Origin: Nitrospirota bacterium
GTDB taxonomy: Bacteria; Nitrospirota; Thermodesulfovibrionia; Thermodesulfovibrionales; Dissulfurispiraceae
NCBI GenBank assembly: GCA_963790025.1
Contig: CAWBMP010000003.1
Location: forward strand, 1 to 64,000
Direction: 5' to 3'
DNA: 64,000 nucleotides
Shown in pieces: positions 62,992-64,000 of the stretch. The notes under the pieces are model-generated. The model ran no database searches. It was given only the letters and a program-made list of their open reading frames with translations, and was not told the origin of the DNA. Numbering within the stretch: position 1 is the first letter of the stretch; each line of letters begins with the position of its first letter. The translations under genes were made by a program, and so were the position numbers.

Positions 62992-63924
62992 ATGGGATCA
63001 AGACTATTCCGTTTTTTTATGATAATCATGCTCGCCGGGGTATTGTGCACGGCGGCAATGCCGGTTTATGCGGCAAATATCCGGGTTGTCGCGACGCTTA
63101 CCGACCTGGCTGATTTTGCGCGAGAGGTGGGTGGTGACCTGGTCGAAGTCCACAGCCTGGCAACGGGCGTCGAAGACACGCATGGGGTACCGATGAAGCC
63201 GAGTTTTGTGCCCATTTTGAACCGGGCGGACCTTGTACTCCTGGTAGGGTTTGATTGCGAGCATGCCTTCCTGCCCGCGTTGCTGGAGGCGAGCAAGAAC
63301 CCGCGCATCCAGGTAAACAGGTCCGGCTATGTGGACTGCTCCAAGGGCATCGTCCCGCGCGACGTGCCAAAATCAACCGACCACTACGAGGGTGATGTTC
63401 ACCCATACGGCAACCCGCACTATATTCTCGATCCGGTTTTGGCGAAGACCGCAATTGGGAATATCTACAAGGCGCTGGTAGAGTTAGCGCCTCAATATAA
63501 GGCAGAATTTACTCGCAACCGTGATGCGTATCTCGCCAGATTCAACGCCAAGATCTCAGAATGGAAGAAGGAAGCTAAACCACTCAAGGGGGTAAAATTC
63601 ATATCTTATCATGAGCATTGGCCATACTTTGCAGCTCGCTTCGGCATGGAGCCATTTGGTACGATTGAAATAAAACCTGGCATCGATCCGACACCGCGTC
63701 ACATCGAAAAATTGATTGCTGCCATGAAGGCCGAGCACGTCCCTTTAGTCGTGCGTGAGCCTGAGTTTCCCGAAAAAACGCCAAGGCTAGTTGCCGAACA
63801 GACCGGCGCTACTATGGTAACATTGCCTATTATGCCGGGCGGTGTATCGAATACTGAAACATATATTAAAATGATGGATTATATCGTTCATACCATGGTC
63901 TCTGCTATACAGGCGAGGAAATAA
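62992..63924 (+). CDS. Metal ABC transporter substrate-binding protein (ZnuA/TroA family)
   Basis: EDTH, GDVHPYGNPHY, YHEHWPYF. Confidence 0.88.
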   Translation: MGSRLFRFFMIIMLAGVLCTAAMPVYAANIRVVATLTDLADFAREVGGDLVEVHSLATGVEDTHGVPMKPSFVPILNRADLVLLVGFDCEHAFLPALLEASKNPRIQVNRSGYVDCSKGIVPRDVPKSTDHYEGDVHPYGNPHYILDPVLAKTAIGNIYKALVELAPQYKAEFTRNRDAYLARFNAKISEWKKEAKPLKGVKFISYHEHWPYFAARFGMEPFGTIEIKPGIDPTPRHIEKLIAAMKAEHVPLVVREPEFPEKTPRLVAEQTGATMVTLPIMPGGVSNTETYIKMMDYIVHTMVSAIQARK

Positions 63925-63977
63925 AGGGGGAGAGAGCTTGTCCGCCGGGTTTTCCGGGTGGACTTGCTCAACAAATT

Positions 63978-64000
63978 ATGAATGAAGCGCTCATCACATT
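63978..64000 (+). CDS. Probable start of the ABC ATP-binding subunit (truncated by edge)
   Basis: MNEALIT after the SBP gene; context only. Confidence 0.35.

Overview
Bacterial chromosomal window, mostly housekeeping genes. Gene order and protein style suggest Nitrospirota, Thermodesulfovibrionia-like (inference only). Core genes: cfa, clpC, priA, ribF-coaE-mutS, class I fumarase, ispE-tRNA-Gln-prs-rplY-pth-pepA, moeA, hypD, ymdB-rny-6S RNA, nadA, rplU-rpmA-obg-proB, glyQS. Main points of interest: (1) a radical SAM/SPASM enzyme followed by an unannotated 20-aa Cys-rich peptide gene (MVIRKVVKKTATTCKCKGSC), a candidate RiPP system; (2) a fluoride-response operon with two serial, near-identical fluoride riboswitches covering an antiporter, USP, crcB, tandem DUF190, a dynamin-like GTPase, a decayed enolase, a HAD hydrolase and a GalT-like protein; (3) a ~410-nt highly structured non-coding region between 6S RNA and rny; (4) a His/Cys-rich leader ORF ending in RAPP ahead of a metal uptake operon; (5) a PriA with degenerate helicase motifs; (6) a c-di-GMP-I riboswitch; (7) many palindromic and tandem-inverted repeat elements, some inserted in-frame in genes. 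All calls come from reading motifs by eye; no database searches were run.
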